In this document: piece by piece, positions 20,991-32,856 of the stretch
How the letters are laid out: every line of letters begins with the position of its first letter
How positions within the stretch are numbered: the stretch's first letter is position 1
Assembly (NCBI GenBank): GCA_963792585.1
Contig: CAWBWI010000001.1
Location: 1,248,001 to 1,312,000 of the forward strand
Origin: Candidatus Eiseniibacteriota bacterium
GTDB taxonomy: Bacteria; Eisenbacteria; RBG-16-71-46; CAIMUX01; VGJL01
Length of the DNA: 64,000 bases
Direction of reading: 5' to 3'
Program-made: the position numbers and the translations under genes
The notes under the pieces: generated by a model
Told to the model about the DNA's origin: nothing
The model's database searches: none
Seen by the model: the letters and a program-made list of their open reading frames with translations, nothing else

Positions 20991-22562
20991 ATGTCCAGCA
21001 AGACAAAAGCCCAGCTGACCGCTGAGAATCTCGCCCTGCAGGCGCGTCTGACACACCTGGAAGCAGAACTGCTCAAGCCTGGCCTAGGGATCGAGCCGCC
21101 GCCTGAGACCTTCGCGACCGAACGCGAGAGAGTCGAGGAAGCCCTCAAGATCTCGGAAGTCCGCTACCGCCGTCTCTTCGAGTCCGCAAAGGACGGAATC
21201 CTCATCCTGGACGCGGAGACAGGCACGATTTCGGACAGCAACCCATTCCTGGAGCAGTTGCTCGGCTACTCCCACGACGAACTCCTGGGCAAGAAGCTCT
21301 GGGAGATCGGTCCGTTCAAGGACGCTGCCGCCAGCCAGGTTTCCTTCCGGCAACTGCAGGGCAATGAGTACATCCGCTATGAAGATCTTCCGTTGCAGAC
21401 CAAGACCGGAGAGCACCGCCAGGTGGAGTTCATCAGCAACCTCTACCTGGTCGACCACACGAAGGTGATCCAGTGCAACGTTCGCGACATCACCGCGCGA
21501 AAGTTGGCCGAAGCGAACATCAAGAAAGCGAACGAGAGACTCCAGTCTCTGGTGACGGCATTGCAGATGCGCGACCGGGAGCTGACCCTGCTCAGCCACA
21601 TGAACGATCTCCTTCAGACCTGCGAGACACAGGAGGAGGCCTATCGGGTCGTCACCCTGACGGCCATGGAGATGTTCATCGGCCAGAGGGGCTGCCTCGC
21701 GGTCGTCCATCCCTCCGGTCACTACCTGGAGACGGTCGCCCAGTGGGGCGACGGATCCCTTGTCGAGGATGTCTTTTCCACCCAGGATTGTTGGGCGCTG
21801 CGGCGGGGACGTCCTCATGAAGTTGCCAATCCGCGGACGGAACCTCTTTGTGGCCATTTCGTTCGGCCGCCGGATCACAGCTATCGTTGCTTGCCATTGA
21901 CGGTTCACGGGGAGACTGTGGGCGTCTTCCACCTGGACGCAGCCTCGAACCTTGGAGAAGTCCATCACAACAGCCAGCATCAACTGGCCGTCGCGGTCGG
22001 CGAGACGATCAAGCTCGCCCTGGCAAACCTGCGATTGCGGAGGAAGCTGCACGATCAAGCAACGCGCGACCCGCTGACGGGCCTGTTCAATCGGCGATAC
22101 CTTGACGACACTCTCCCCCGCGAATTGCATCGCATCGTGCGCAAGGGCGCCCCGCTCTGCGTCGCAATGCTCGATCTGGATCACTTCAAGCGCTTCAACG
22201 ACACGTTTGGGCACGACGCGGGCGATCTTGCGCTCAGGGAATCGAGCCGCCTACTGCGCGAGAACTTGCGCAAGAGCGACATCGCCTGCCGCTATGGTGG
22301 AGAAGAGTTTCTGCTCGTCCTTCCGGATTCCGCGCTCGAGGACGCGAGCCAACGACTCGAGCAGATCCGGTCCCGGTTCGAGCGCATGGAGATTCGTCGC
22401 GAAGGGCAACTGCTGGCCACGATCACATTCTCGGCGGGCATCGCGACAGCCCCGGAGCACGGCTCCACGCCGGAGGAACTCCTGCGGGCGGCGGACGCCG
22501 CCCTCTATGCCGCCAAGCAGGCGGGACGCAACCGGGTCCTTGCCTATCAGCCGCCGGCATAG
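20991..22562 (+). CDS. PAS-GAF-GGDEF diguanylate cyclase
   Basis: YRRLFESAKDGILILDAETG PAS; CWALRRG GAF; DPLTGLFNRR, I-site RKSD, active site GGEEF. Confidence 0.93.
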   Translation: MSSKTKAQLTAENLALQARLTHLEAELLKPGLGIEPPPETFATERERVEEALKISEVRYRRLFESAKDGILILDAETGTISDSNPFLEQLLGYSHDELLGKKLWEIGPFKDAAASQVSFRQLQGNEYIRYEDLPLQTKTGEHRQVEFISNLYLVDHTKVIQCNVRDITARKLAEANIKKANERLQSLVTALQMRDRELTLLSHMNDLLQTCETQEEAYRVVTLTAMEMFIGQRGCLAVVHPSGHYLETVAQWGDGSLVEDVFSTQDCWALRRGRPHEVANPRTEPLCGHFVRPPDHSYRCLPLTVHGETVGVFHLDAASNLGEVHHNSQHQLAVAVGETIKLALANLRLRRKLHDQATRDPLTGLFNRRYLDDTLPRELHRIVRKGAPLCVAMLDLDHFKRFNDTFGHDAGDLALRESSRLLRENLRKSDIACRYGGEEFLLVLPDSALEDASQRLEQIRSRFERMEIRREGQLLATITFSAGIATAPEHGSTPEELLRAADAALYAAKQAGRNRVLAYQPPA

Positions 22563-22749
22563 TGGCTCTTGCATCCGACATTGAGAGCCTCTTGGTTCTG
22601 CGCCCACGGCTTCAACGTGCGCGCGTTCGCTCGATTGTGTTCGAAAGGTCTCCGGGCCCCGCCACACTTTGAGGGGCGCGGGCCCGGCCCGATCGATGGA
22701 AACGTGGACCCAAACACGGCTGCGACATTCAAGTCGTCCCAGCGGGGCC

Positions 22750-23778
22750 CTATAGCTTGGTCTCGCGCTCCAGAATGATCTCGACGCGACGGTTGTTGGC
22801 GCGTCCTTCAGCGGTGGCGTTATCGGCGATCGGGCTTCCTTCGCCGATCCCCCGAGCCTGGATGCGACCGGAAGGGTAGCCCTTGTGCAGCAGGTAGTCG
22901 CGGACGGCGTCGGCCCGGTGTTGCGACAGGTTACGGTTGTAGTCCTCCGCACCCTGGGAATCGGTGTATCCCTCCACCAAGACGTTGCGGCCGGGACTCG
23001 CGAGCAGCGCATCCGCGACCTGATCCAGCCGCGACTGCGCGCCCGTGAGCAGGATCGCTTCGTCGGATCGAAAGAGGACGCTGCCCGAGAGCGTGATGAC
23101 CATGCCCCGCTCATCCTCCTTGACGGCGGCGAGTTTGGCGAGCGCGGCCTGAGCTTCGGTCGCCTTCTGCTCGGCCTCGATGCGGGCCTTCTGCTCTGCG
23201 GCGAGCTGCTCGGCGGTCGCCTGGCTGCCCCGTTCCGACACGGCCAGTGCGGTACGCGTCTGGTTCAAGGCCTCGGTCTTCTGCTGCATGAGTGTGGCCT
23301 GCTCTGCCGTCCGCTTCTCGGCCTCCACACGTGTTTGTTGCTCGGAGGCCAACCGCTCGGCCGTTTCCTCGCCCCTGCGTTGCGAGATCGCCAGCGCCGC
23401 CCGGGTCACACTTAGATCCTCCGTCTTTTCCTGCAGGATACTGCCCTGCGTCTTCTGGTAATCGCTGTCCGCCCGAGCCTTGCTCTGTTGCTCCGTGACG
23501 ATCGACGCCTGCCCATCCGCCATCTCGGCCTTCCGCTGTGCCACATATGCGAGGTCGCGCGAATGGTACGTGCTGCCGTCCTTGGAGAACGACTTCTCGG
23601 CCTGGGCGAGCGCCTCCTGCGCCTTGTGGAGATCCGCCGGCGCGAGTTGCGCCGCAGGCCCCGCGCTCGCGTGCTGGTAGGCCAATCGGGCGTTGGAGAG
23701 CTCACTCGGTACGGTGGCGGCGCAGCCAACCATGAGCGCTGCACACGCGACCACAATCAACATTCCGGTCGTCTTCAT
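22750..23778 (-). CDS. DUF4398-OmpA lipoprotein with coiled-coil linker
   Basis: Lipobox MVGC; AY.AQRKAE; VITLSGSVLF, EGYTDSQG..YN..LSQHRA, NRRVEII. Confidence 0.9.
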   Translation of the reverse strand: MKTTGMLIVVACAALMVGCAATVPSELSNARLAYQHASAGPAAQLAPADLHKAQEALAQAEKSFSKDGSTYHSRDLAYVAQRKAEMADGQASIVTEQQSKARADSDYQKTQGSILQEKTEDLSVTRAALAISQRRGEETAERLASEQQTRVEAEKRTAEQATLMQQKTEALNQTRTALAVSERGSQATAEQLAAEQKARIEAEQKATEAQAALAKLAAVKEDERGMVITLSGSVLFRSDEAILLTGAQSRLDQVADALLASPGRNVLVEGYTDSQGAEDYNRNLSQHRADAVRDYLLHKGYPSGRIQARGIGEGSPIADNATAEGRANNRRVEIILERETKL

Positions 23779-23798
23779 AGAGGGCTCCTTCCAACCGG

Positions 23799-24149
23799 TC
23801 ATCGGTTGTCACTTCGGAGTTGGCGTACCCGCTCCATCGCCTGCGCGGCTTCCAGCTTTTCGCCCTGCTCACGGGAGAGGACGACGGCCAGCTCGGCGTC
23901 GGCCTCAGCCCGCAGCAGTTGCGACGCGGCCTCATCCTTCTTGCCCTTATCCGACAGGACCCTTGCGCGATCCAGCTCCTCCTTCGCCAACTGCAGATGG
24001 TACGAAGCGCGCGGGACCCCGCTTGCCCCGACCTCCTCCGCGGCGCGGATGGCCGAGGTGGAGGACTCGGTCCGCAGTGCGGGACGGCTTGCACAGCCTG
24101 CGCCGACCACGACGATAAGCAGACTCCCCAACATCAATACACGTCTCAT
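23799..24149 (-). CDS. DUF4398 lipoprotein
   Basis: Lipobox GAGC; SAIRAAEEVGA..P.A.YHLQLAKEEL; RAEADAELA. Confidence 0.85.
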   Translation of the reverse strand: MRRVLMLGSLLIVVVGAGCASRPALRTESSTSAIRAAEEVGASGVPRASYHLQLAKEELDRARVLSDKGKKDEAASQLLRAEADAELAVVLSREQGEKLEAAQAMERVRQLRSDNR

Positions 24150-24181
24150 GATGACCCCCTCACATGCGACGCGACCCGGCC

Positions 24182-24838
24182 TCAGAAGCTGAAGCCCAAA
24201 GCCAACGTCGTGGTGAATCCGTTCAACTTGAATCCGTTCAGGGCGTACTCGGTCTCGTTCAGCTTGATCTTCTGTTCACCGAAGGACGGATTGGCCCAAA
24301 CGTACCGGCCCTCGACCCCGATGAAAGCATTCCGCGAGATGTTCACGTTCAACCCGCCTCCGGTGTGGATCCCGAAGGTCGTGGTCCCATTGAAGGTGTT
24401 GAGATTGTCACTCACGTTGAACTTGGTGAAGTAGGCGCCGATTCCCAGCTCACCGTACGGATCGACCGGCCCGACGGGGATGAGGGCCTTGGCGGACGCG
24501 ATGATCGGGATCACGTTGAAGTCCACCTGACGGCGGGCTGCGATCCCGTTGGCTGCCGCGAATGAGCCGGTACCCTTGAAGTACCCCGCGCCAAGTTCGA
24601 GGGCAAGCGTGGGAAGGAAGTAGTGGCCGATTGCGAGCTCGCCGTTCACACCCGTCTTCGTGTCGCCTTCGAAGGTCGTCTCGAGGTCGACATTGCCGAT
24701 GTTGAACGAAGAGCTGGGCGAGTAGACCCCGCCCTTGAGGGCGACGTAGCTTCCCAGCATCCCCGCTCCGTAAGCCTGCGTTGCGAGACCAGCCACGCCA
24801 AGCATGGTGAGTAGAAACAGCACACGTGTCGTTTTCAC
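24182..24838 (-). CDS. Outer-membrane beta-barrel protein (OmpW/Ail-like, ~8 strands)
   Basis: Signal peptide, alternating strands, PYGELGIG, C-terminal LGFSF. GTG start with AGGAG RBS. Confidence 0.8.
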   Translation of the reverse strand: MKTTRVLFLLTMLGVAGLATQAYGAGMLGSYVALKGGVYSPSSSFNIGNVDLETTFEGDTKTGVNGELAIGHYFLPTLALELGAGYFKGTGSFAAANGIAARRQVDFNVIPIIASAKALIPVGPVDPYGELGIGAYFTKFNVSDNLNTFNGTTTFGIHTGGGLNVNISRNAFIGVEGRYVWANPSFGEQKIKLNETEYALNGFKLNGFTTTLALGFSF

Positions 24839-24959
24839 AATTGCTCCTTCGCGATCATCGATTCCGTGTCGCATGAGATTCCCCTTGTCCGAGGCTGCTG
24901 AGATGCACGGCGCACCCGTGCGGCGCCCAGCGCTGTCTTCCGGTACAGCTGTTCGATAG

Positions 24960-24975
24960 AGCAACTCGCGTGCCG
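24960..24975 (-). promoter_or_regulatory. Sigma-54 promoter (leftward)
   Basis: Minus strand CGGCACGCGAGTTGCT (GG-N10-GC); IHF-like TCAACTGGTTA at 24990-25000. Confidence 0.75.
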
Positions 24976-25039
24976 ACACTTCGATGTCGTAACCAGTTGA
25001 CCCTGCACAAGTTAACAAAAAGTTACTCGTCCGAAGTCG

Positions 25040-25070
25040 ATCAGAATGATGGGGTGCGCGTCATTGCGAT
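25040..25070. promoter_or_regulatory. Candidate activator UAS pair
   Basis: ATCAGAATGAT and GTCATTGCGAT, 20 bp apart. Confidence 0.5.
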
Positions 25071-25209
25071 GGAGGAAGGGTCATGTCCCGGTCACCTTGA
25101 CGACGCGGCCCTCGGGTCTATGAGGAGACCGTCTTGGCGGGACTCGGGGATGGCGAGTCGGGCGATTCTCACGACGCCTTCGATCGCGGACAGACTCGGA
25201 CAATTCTAC

Positions 25210-25240
25210 ATCAATGTGATGACTCAGAACTCAATGTGAT
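25210..25240. promoter_or_regulatory. Candidate activator UAS pair
   Basis: TCAATGTGAT exact direct repeat at 25211 and 25231 (20 bp period). Confidence 0.6.
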
Positions 25241-25307
25241 CGAGAGCCCCGCTGTGTCCCGTGCCGCCAGGTGATTGCCTGTAAGAGGTTACGAGAGAAC
25301 TCGCCGG

Positions 25308-25323
25308 CGGCACGTTGGTTGCT
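25308..25323 (+). promoter_or_regulatory. Sigma-54 promoter (rightward)
   Basis: CGGCACGTTGGTTGCT (GG-N10-GC); IHF-like TGTAAGAGGTTA at 25280-25291. Confidence 0.75.
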
Positions 25324-25447
25324 CCAGTTGCAGCGGACAACCACGCGGGGCGGCGTCTCCATGCGGACCCGGTCGCACGCCCCGATGAGATCCCGAGAGA
25401 GACTGCTCGGGTGAAAACACGGTCCGTGACAGGAATAGGAGCATGTC

Positions 25448-25849
25448 ATGAAGACTTACCGGAGATTCTCCCTGGCTGTGTTCACCGTGATCATGATCGC
25501 TGTTTGCGCTGCGGGAGTCAGCCTGGCCGTCGAGACCCCACGTCACGTGGTCGGAGAAAGTGAAATCCAGGCCAGGATCGATCAGCAGATCGACCAGGCC
25601 GGCGCCGATCGACAGGCGATTCAGACCATGCTGCAGCGCGAGGAAGTCCGGCAGATCGCCGGGTCAGCCGGTCTGGATCTCGAGCGGGCCAGCGCCGCCG
25701 CCGCGGTCCTGTCCGGCCCCTCACTCGAGAGTCTGGCTGCGCAGGCCAGAGCGGTTAACGCCGATCTCGCGGGCGGGGACAGCACCATCGTCATTTCGGC
25801 GACCGCGCTCATCATCATCCTCTTGCTCATCATCCTCATCGCCAATTAG
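25448..25849 (+). CDS. PA2779-like exported protein with Gly-Gly motif and hydrophobic C-terminus
   Basis: Signal peptide; R..I..ML.R.EV; LS..L..LAAQ...LAGG followed by IVISATALIIILLLIILIAN. Confidence 0.75.
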   Translation: MKTYRRFSLAVFTVIMIAVCAAGVSLAVETPRHVVGESEIQARIDQQIDQAGADRQAIQTMLQREEVRQIAGSAGLDLERASAAAAVLSGPSLESLAAQARAVNADLAGGDSTIVISATALIIILLLIILIAN

Positions 25850-25861
25850 GAGCGCTCATTC

Positions 25862-27938
25862 GTGAGAGCTCGGCGTGGGATCGGGGTCTGCTTGGCGGTG
25901 GCGGCTCTTTCTTGGTCCGCCTCCGTCGACGCCCGTATGCCCTCGCGTGACGGGGGCTCTACGGAAAAGGTGCAGGTCCTCGACGTTCCCTTCGTCCCCC
26001 AGAGCGGAGAACTGTGCGGCGGGGCCGCGCTCGCCATGGTTTTGCGCTACTGGGGGATGCCCGGCGTCCTCGCCGAGGACTTCACTGCACTGTTGGAGCC
26101 AGGACTGGCGGGCATACGAACCGGCGCCCTCGTGAACGCCGTCGAGTCCTACGGATGGACCGCGCTTCCCTTGCCGGGGACTGCGGCTGAGGCTCGGAAC
26201 CACCTCGCTCAAGGGCGCCCTGTCATCGCGCTGATCCGGGCCGGTTCAGGCTCCAATCACTACGTAGTGGTCCTGGCCCGAGCCAACGGGTGGGTGGTTC
26301 TCCATGACCCGAACGTGGGGCCGTTCCGGGCCGTTCGCGAAAGCGTGTTCGACGCCGCCTGGTCCGAAACTGGACGGTGGGCGCTTCTGGTACTGCCTCC
26401 GCCCAAGACCGATGAGCAGAACGCGCCGTATCTCGCGACAGCCGACTCCACGACGTTCGAGGCTCCGGAGGCGTGCGATTCGATGGTGGAGGCGGGGATT
26501 CTCTTGGCGCAGCAAGGAGACACGGCGGCAGCGGAACTCCAGTTCCTGGCGGCCCAGTCGCCTGTCGCCCGCCTCCGCCGCGCCGCTGCGCGAACGCGCG
26601 GGACTGCGATTTCGCGCCGAGGACTGGGCGGGCGCGGGTCGACTGGCGGAGCGCGCCCTCGCCCTCGATCCGCGCGATGCATCCACCTGGCGGTTCCTCG
26701 CAGGCGCCCGCTTCCTGGCCGATGACGTCGACGGCGCGCTCTCCGCGTGGAACCATGTGTCCGAACCGCGGACCGACCTGACACGTATCGATGGTCTGAC
26801 GCGCATCCGCTTCTCGGCCGTGGCCCGCCAGCTCAACCTGCCGCCGGGGCGGCTTCTCACACCGAGCGCCTTCCGCCAGGCCCGCCGTCGTCTGGCCGAA
26901 GTGCCGGCCCAGTCGGAGTTCCTGTTGAGCTTGAGACCCCTTCCGGGCGGCAACGCTCAAGTGAACGTGACACTCCTGGAACGCCCGCCCGTGTTCGATG
27001 GTCCCTTGGATGTCGGGAGCGCAGGCATCAAGGCTCTCACCGGACGTGAGATCGCTCTGGATGTCGCAAGCCCCACCGGGAATGGCGAGTTGTGGACTGC
27101 CGGGTGGAGGTGGTGGAAAGACCGGCCCCGCGTCTCGCTGGCGCTGACGATTCCGGCGGCTGGAGGCCGCCCCGGGATCTGGCGACTGGACGGATTCTGG
27201 GAGCGACAGGCCTACGGAGCTCCGGTCGGATTTGGTTCGGGCGACACGACTCGTGCGTCGGTGAGCCGAGAGCAACGCCGACGTACGGCGCTCTCCTTCG
27301 CGGACTGGCTTGGCCCGGATGTGCGTATGGAGGTCGGCGCGGCATTGGATGAATGGGTCGGAAGGGGCGCCCACCTCTCGCTGGAGGGAAGCGTTGAAAC
27401 GCGATGGGCGCGCGACCGTCTGGCGCTGGTAGCAGGGGCGGCACGGTGGGTGAACCTGAAACACGGCGCTCCGTTCGGCACCGGCGTCATGTCCCTCCGA
27501 TGGAGCTCGAACGTTCTGGATGGCAGCGACGCGTGGCAAATCCGCATGGGCGTATCCAGCACGACAGCGGATGCCCCTCTTGCGCTCTGGTCCGGAGCGG
27601 GAACAGGTTACGGGCGCGCGCCGCTCCTCCGTGCTCACCCCCTGCTGGACGGAGGCGTGTTACGCGGCCGGATCTTCGGACGCACGCTCGCCCACGGAAC
27701 GATCGAAAGGCAGGCCTGGCCATGGAGACTCGGGATCGTGCAGATCGGCTGGGCCCTCTTCGTCGACGGCGCCAAACCATGGGACACGGGGCAGACTGCT
27801 CCAATCTCGTGGCAGGTGGATGGCGGGACGGGCCTCCGCCTGCGGGGTTTGGGCATGAAGGGTCAGCTTCGGATCGACGCTGCCCGCGGACTCGAGGATG
27901 GGAGCTCGGCGGTATCCGTCGGCTGGCAGATTCCCTGA
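25862..27938 (+). CDS. C39-like cysteine peptidase-TPR-POTRA-beta-barrel fusion, one frameshift near 26570
   Basis: Signal peptide; LDVPFVPQSGELCGGAALAMVLRYWG, HYVVV, HDPN; TPR LAERALALDP.DA..W; POTRA-like RIDGL.R....V.RQLNL.PG......ARRRL; Trp/Gly-rich amphipathic strands ending VSVGWQIP. Confidence 0.75.
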
Positions 27939-27950
27939 ATCGGATCGACC

Positions 27951-29621
<1,671 letters not shown>

Positions 29622-29632
29622 GGCCACCTCCT

Positions 29633-29733
29633 TCAGTTTTGATCGATCCTACTCAGTTCTGATGGAACTTACAATCGCCAGTTTCGTTGATGCCCATAAA
29701 CAGCAAGGAGTTAGGCGGGGCACGAAAGTGGCT
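29633..29733 (+). promoter_or_regulatory. Sigma-54 promoter with UAS pair and IHF-like site, divergent from the activator gene
   Basis: TCAGTTTTGAT and TCAGTTCTGAT at 29633 and 29653 (20 bp period); AGCAAGGAGTTA near 29702; GGCACGAAAGTGGCT at 29719-29733. Confidence 0.65.
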
Positions 29734-29812
29734 CTTCGGGTTGTCGAGACTCGTGAGCCCCCGGGCGTTCCGCTGGGGGCCAGGCAAATGTCGGCATGTG
29801 AAGGAGACCAGG

Positions 29813-30146
29813 ATGGACGCGGCCCTGGAGACAGATCGAGACGCGGCTCAAGCTCTGGCGCATCCGGATTGATGAGCTCGCATCCGAGATCCAGCGACCC
29901 GGCGCTCAGGCTCGATTCGACTCCCTCATGCACGTCGACGAACTCAAGGCCCTGCTCGCGATTGCACAGTCGAGGTTCGACGCGTACAGGGCGGCTGGAG
30001 ACACGGAGCGGGGACACCTCAAGGTCGAGTTGAAACGCGCCTGGGACGAGATCGATGCCGCCTTCAAGGCTCCGAAGCCTCGTATCATGCGGCGCAAGAC
30101 GGATAGTGAACCGGAGAGCAGGACGAAGGGCAAGACGGATTGCTGA
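29813..30146 (+). CDS. Small coiled-coil hypothetical (stress-protein-like), frameshift near 5' end
   Basis: RBS AAGGAG then ATG at 29813; a shifted frame reads QIETRLKLWRIRIDEL..A.ARF....DELK...AWDEI..AF into ORF 29928..30146. Confidence 0.55.
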
Positions 30147-30233
30147 ATCCGTCGGTTCAAGAGTCGAACAGAGTCAGGGACCTTGACCAAGGGTGACTCC
30201 CCTCGGTCGGTTTCGAACAAAGAGGTACATTCC

Positions 30234-30898
30234 ATGAAACGACATTCCAGCCAGCATTGGCATCCTCGTCTTGATCGCGGCGGCAATCACCGCCGGTTGC
30301 GCACAGGAACGGGACGGCGTTCGAGCCGCCGCGTCGGCGCAGGAGCGGGCCCCGCAGAAGCCCCGCGTCGAGACACTCGTCATTCCGAGCGGGACCAGCG
30401 TCATCGCGTCCCTCGATACGCGACTCTCATCCGAAACGAACCATGCAGGTGACGCGTTCGGCGCCACGACGACCGAACCCGTTATCGTTGCCGGGAAAAC
30501 GGCCATCCCGGCGGGCGCGCGGATCCACGGAGTGCTGCGCGACGTCCAAGCCTCCGGCCGGATCAAGGGCCGCGCCCGTATGACGCTCGCCTACGAGTCG
30601 ATCGTCGACTCGCAGGGCAAGACACACCCAATCTCGGCGCAATCCCTCACGCTTGCAGGCGGCATCCACCACCCATAGCGACGTCGAGAAGATCGCTGCC
30701 GGAGGAATCCTCGGCGCGATCATCGGTGGGGTCACCAAGGGGGGTAAGGGCGCTGCGATCGGCGCAGGCGCGGGGGCGGGCGCCGGAACCATCCTCATGC
30801 TCGCGACGAAGGGCGACGACGTGGAACTCGAAGCGGGTCAGCGACTGAACGTGCAGATGATGTCTCCTACGAGCATTCAGGTGCTGGCGCAGCGATGA
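30234..30898 (+). CDS. Lipoprotein with TrbI-like beta domain and glycine zipper, frameshifted
   Basis: Lipobox TAGC; IPSGT...LSS....GD.F.....P......IPAGA...G; GGILGAIIGG..GGKGAAIGAGAGAGAG...TKGDDVEL. Confidence 0.75.
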
Positions 30899-31029
30899 TC
30901 CTGAACCCATCAACGGCCGGCGCCGTCCGATCGATTTCCCATCGGAGATCGAACACGGCGCCCCAATGATGTCACCACTGCGGGCCCGGCAGTTCACGCC
31001 GCAGTCAGAGACAATGAGAGGAGACCGCG

Positions 31030-31530
31030 ATGAAGAGCACTCGAATGATTCTGCTGGCGGCCACGCTGGCCGCTATCTTGGGCCCTGCCCTTGCTTTGGC
31101 GGGTCCCGATACCGATGTCGGTTTCCGGGGATGGGGTCCACGGATCGGGCTGTCGCTCAACCCCGACCAGGTCCACTTCGGAGCCCACCTCGATTTCGGT
31201 AACTTCGCGAAGCACGTTCGCTTTCAACCCAACCTGGAGTTGGGTTTCGGCGACGACGTGAAGCTCTTCACCGCCAACGCCGAGGCGTCGTATCGCTTCA
31301 GCTCCCGCTGGGACGTCTGGTCGCCATACCTCGGCGGCGGGATCGGCGCAAACGTCAAGAGCGTCGATATCGGTAAGGACAGCACCTCACAGACTGACCT
31401 GGGCGTCAACCTGCTGGGCGGGGTCGAGAAAGGACTCTCGGACGGGGATCGGTTCTTCATCGAGGGCAAGTTCAGTCTGAACGACGTCCCCGACGCCAAG
31501 GTCACGGTCGGATGGACGTTCTATCACTAG
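31030..31530 (+). CDS. Small outer-membrane beta-barrel protein
   Basis: Signal peptide; PDQVHFGAH, FQPNLELGFG, PYLGGGIG; C-terminal GWTFYH. Confidence 0.75.
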   Translation: MKSTRMILLAATLAAILGPALALAGPDTDVGFRGWGPRIGLSLNPDQVHFGAHLDFGNFAKHVRFQPNLELGFGDDVKLFTANAEASYRFSSRWDVWSPYLGGGIGANVKSVDIGKDSTSQTDLGVNLLGGVEKGLSDGDRFFIEGKFSLNDVPDAKVTVGWTFYH

Positions 31531-31603
31531 TCGCAAAGCAGCAGGGGCGCCGTCGGTTGGCGTCGCCCTTCCTGCCCCTCGGCGGCATGACAGGAGGTTT
31601 CCC

Positions 31604-31753
31604 ATGTTGTGGACCATTGCAGTCGTACTCGTCGTGCTTTGGCTGCTCGGCCTTCTTACATCTTTCACCATGAACGGGCTCATTCACGTTCTGCTCGTCA
31701 TCGCGATCATCGTCGTGCTTCTTCGCATCATTCAGGGCCGACGGCCGATCTAG
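31604..31753 (+). CDS. lmo0937-family small membrane protein (49 aa; not in ORF track)
   Basis: AGGAGG RBS; MLWTIAVVLVVLWLLGLLTSFTMNGLIHVLLVIAIIVVLLRIIQGRRPI*. Confidence 0.9.
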   Translation: MLWTIAVVLVVLWLLGLLTSFTMNGLIHVLLVIAIIVVLLRIIQGRRPI

Positions 31754-31902
31754 ACAGCGTGGCGGCGCAGACGCCGCCCGACACGAAGTGCATTGGGGTC
31801 GCTCTCGATGGTCACGGCACTTCCGCCTTGGCAGGTCGAGGACAACAGGGGTTCCGTCGGACATCTGCGGCCCGTCGACGGACTCATCCAGGAGGACTTG
31901 AT

Positions 31903-32535
31903 ATGCGATTCACCCGAAGTCTACTCACCGCGGCGCTGGGTCTCTGTTTCGCGCTGCCGGCCGCGGCTCAGTACATCGGTGTCCTGCAGTCCGCCGAGAC
32001 GATGGACAAAGGCACCTTCAAGCTCTTGGTCGCCCCGATCATGGCCTTCGGCAAGAATGGAGCAGACGATGAGTTCGGCGTAGCCGCCCGCGGAGGGTAC
32101 GGATTCACCGAACGCTTCGACGCCGAAGCCAAGCTCGGCTTCTTCGAGAACGGCACGTACGCCGGCGCGGACGGCGAGTTCTGGATCCTGCAGGGCAAGG
32201 AGAAGGATGCCGGACTGGATGTCTCATTGACCGGAGGCGTGCATTGGATGTTCGGGAAGAAAGGGGCCCTCGACACCATGGGGTTCGACGTCACGCCCTT
32301 GTTGAGCGGGCACGTGAACAAGAGTATCGAGCTGTGCGGCGCCCTGGATGCCTCGTTCGAGTCGATCAATGATGCGCCGAAGGGCGTCGACGACACGTTC
32401 ACGAGAGTGCACCTCGTACCTGGAATCGAGTACCGCCTGTCCGATTCCGCCGATCTGGTCGGTGAGATCGGCATCGGGCTCAACGACGATTCGTATACCT
32501 ACGCGGGTATCGGCGTCGCGTTCTACCTCCGCTAA
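31903..32535 (+). CDS. Probable outer-membrane beta-barrel protein
   Basis: AGGAGG RBS, signal peptide ending AAA-Q, amphipathic strands, C-terminal GVAFYLR. Confidence 0.7.
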   Translation: MRFTRSLLTAALGLCFALPAAAQYIGVLQSAETMDKGTFKLLVAPIMAFGKNGADDEFGVAARGGYGFTERFDAEAKLGFFENGTYAGADGEFWILQGKEKDAGLDVSLTGGVHWMFGKKGALDTMGFDVTPLLSGHVNKSIELCGALDASFESINDAPKGVDDTFTRVHLVPGIEYRLSDSADLVGEIGIGLNDDSYTYAGIGVAFYLR

Positions 32536-32547
32536 CAAGGACGTGAC

Positions 32548-32760
32548 ATGAAGACCATTGGAATTGTCCTCGTCATCCTGGGAGTTCTCGCGCTGATCTA
32601 TGGCGGAATCACCTACAACAAGAACCGCACTGTGCTCGAGGTGGGTTCGATGAAGGTCACCGCCACGGAACGCAAGAGCATTCCCGTCCCGGCAATCGTT
32701 GGTGTGGTCGTGCTGCTCGGCGGCGCCGGCCTTCTGGTGATGGGCAGCCGCCGTACCTAG
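32548..32760 (+). CDS. DUF3185-like small two-TM protein
   Basis: IGIVLVILGVLALIYGGITY...V.EVG..K.T....K.IP.P.I.G...L.GG. Confidence 0.75.
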   Translation: MKTIGIVLVILGVLALIYGGITYNKNRTVLEVGSMKVTATERKSIPVPAIVGVVVLLGGAGLLVMGSRRT

Positions 32761-32856
32761 TCTCTCGGATCTTCGCCGGTCTCGGCCGCGCGACCGCCCA
32801 AGTTGGTCGCTGATCCATGGCCGGCAGAGGGAAGGTCCGCAACACAGGAGGAAACC

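Noticed and set aside
30234..30898. TrbI/VirB10 conjugation gene
   Set aside because: Short glycine-zipper lipoprotein; no other T4SS genes present.
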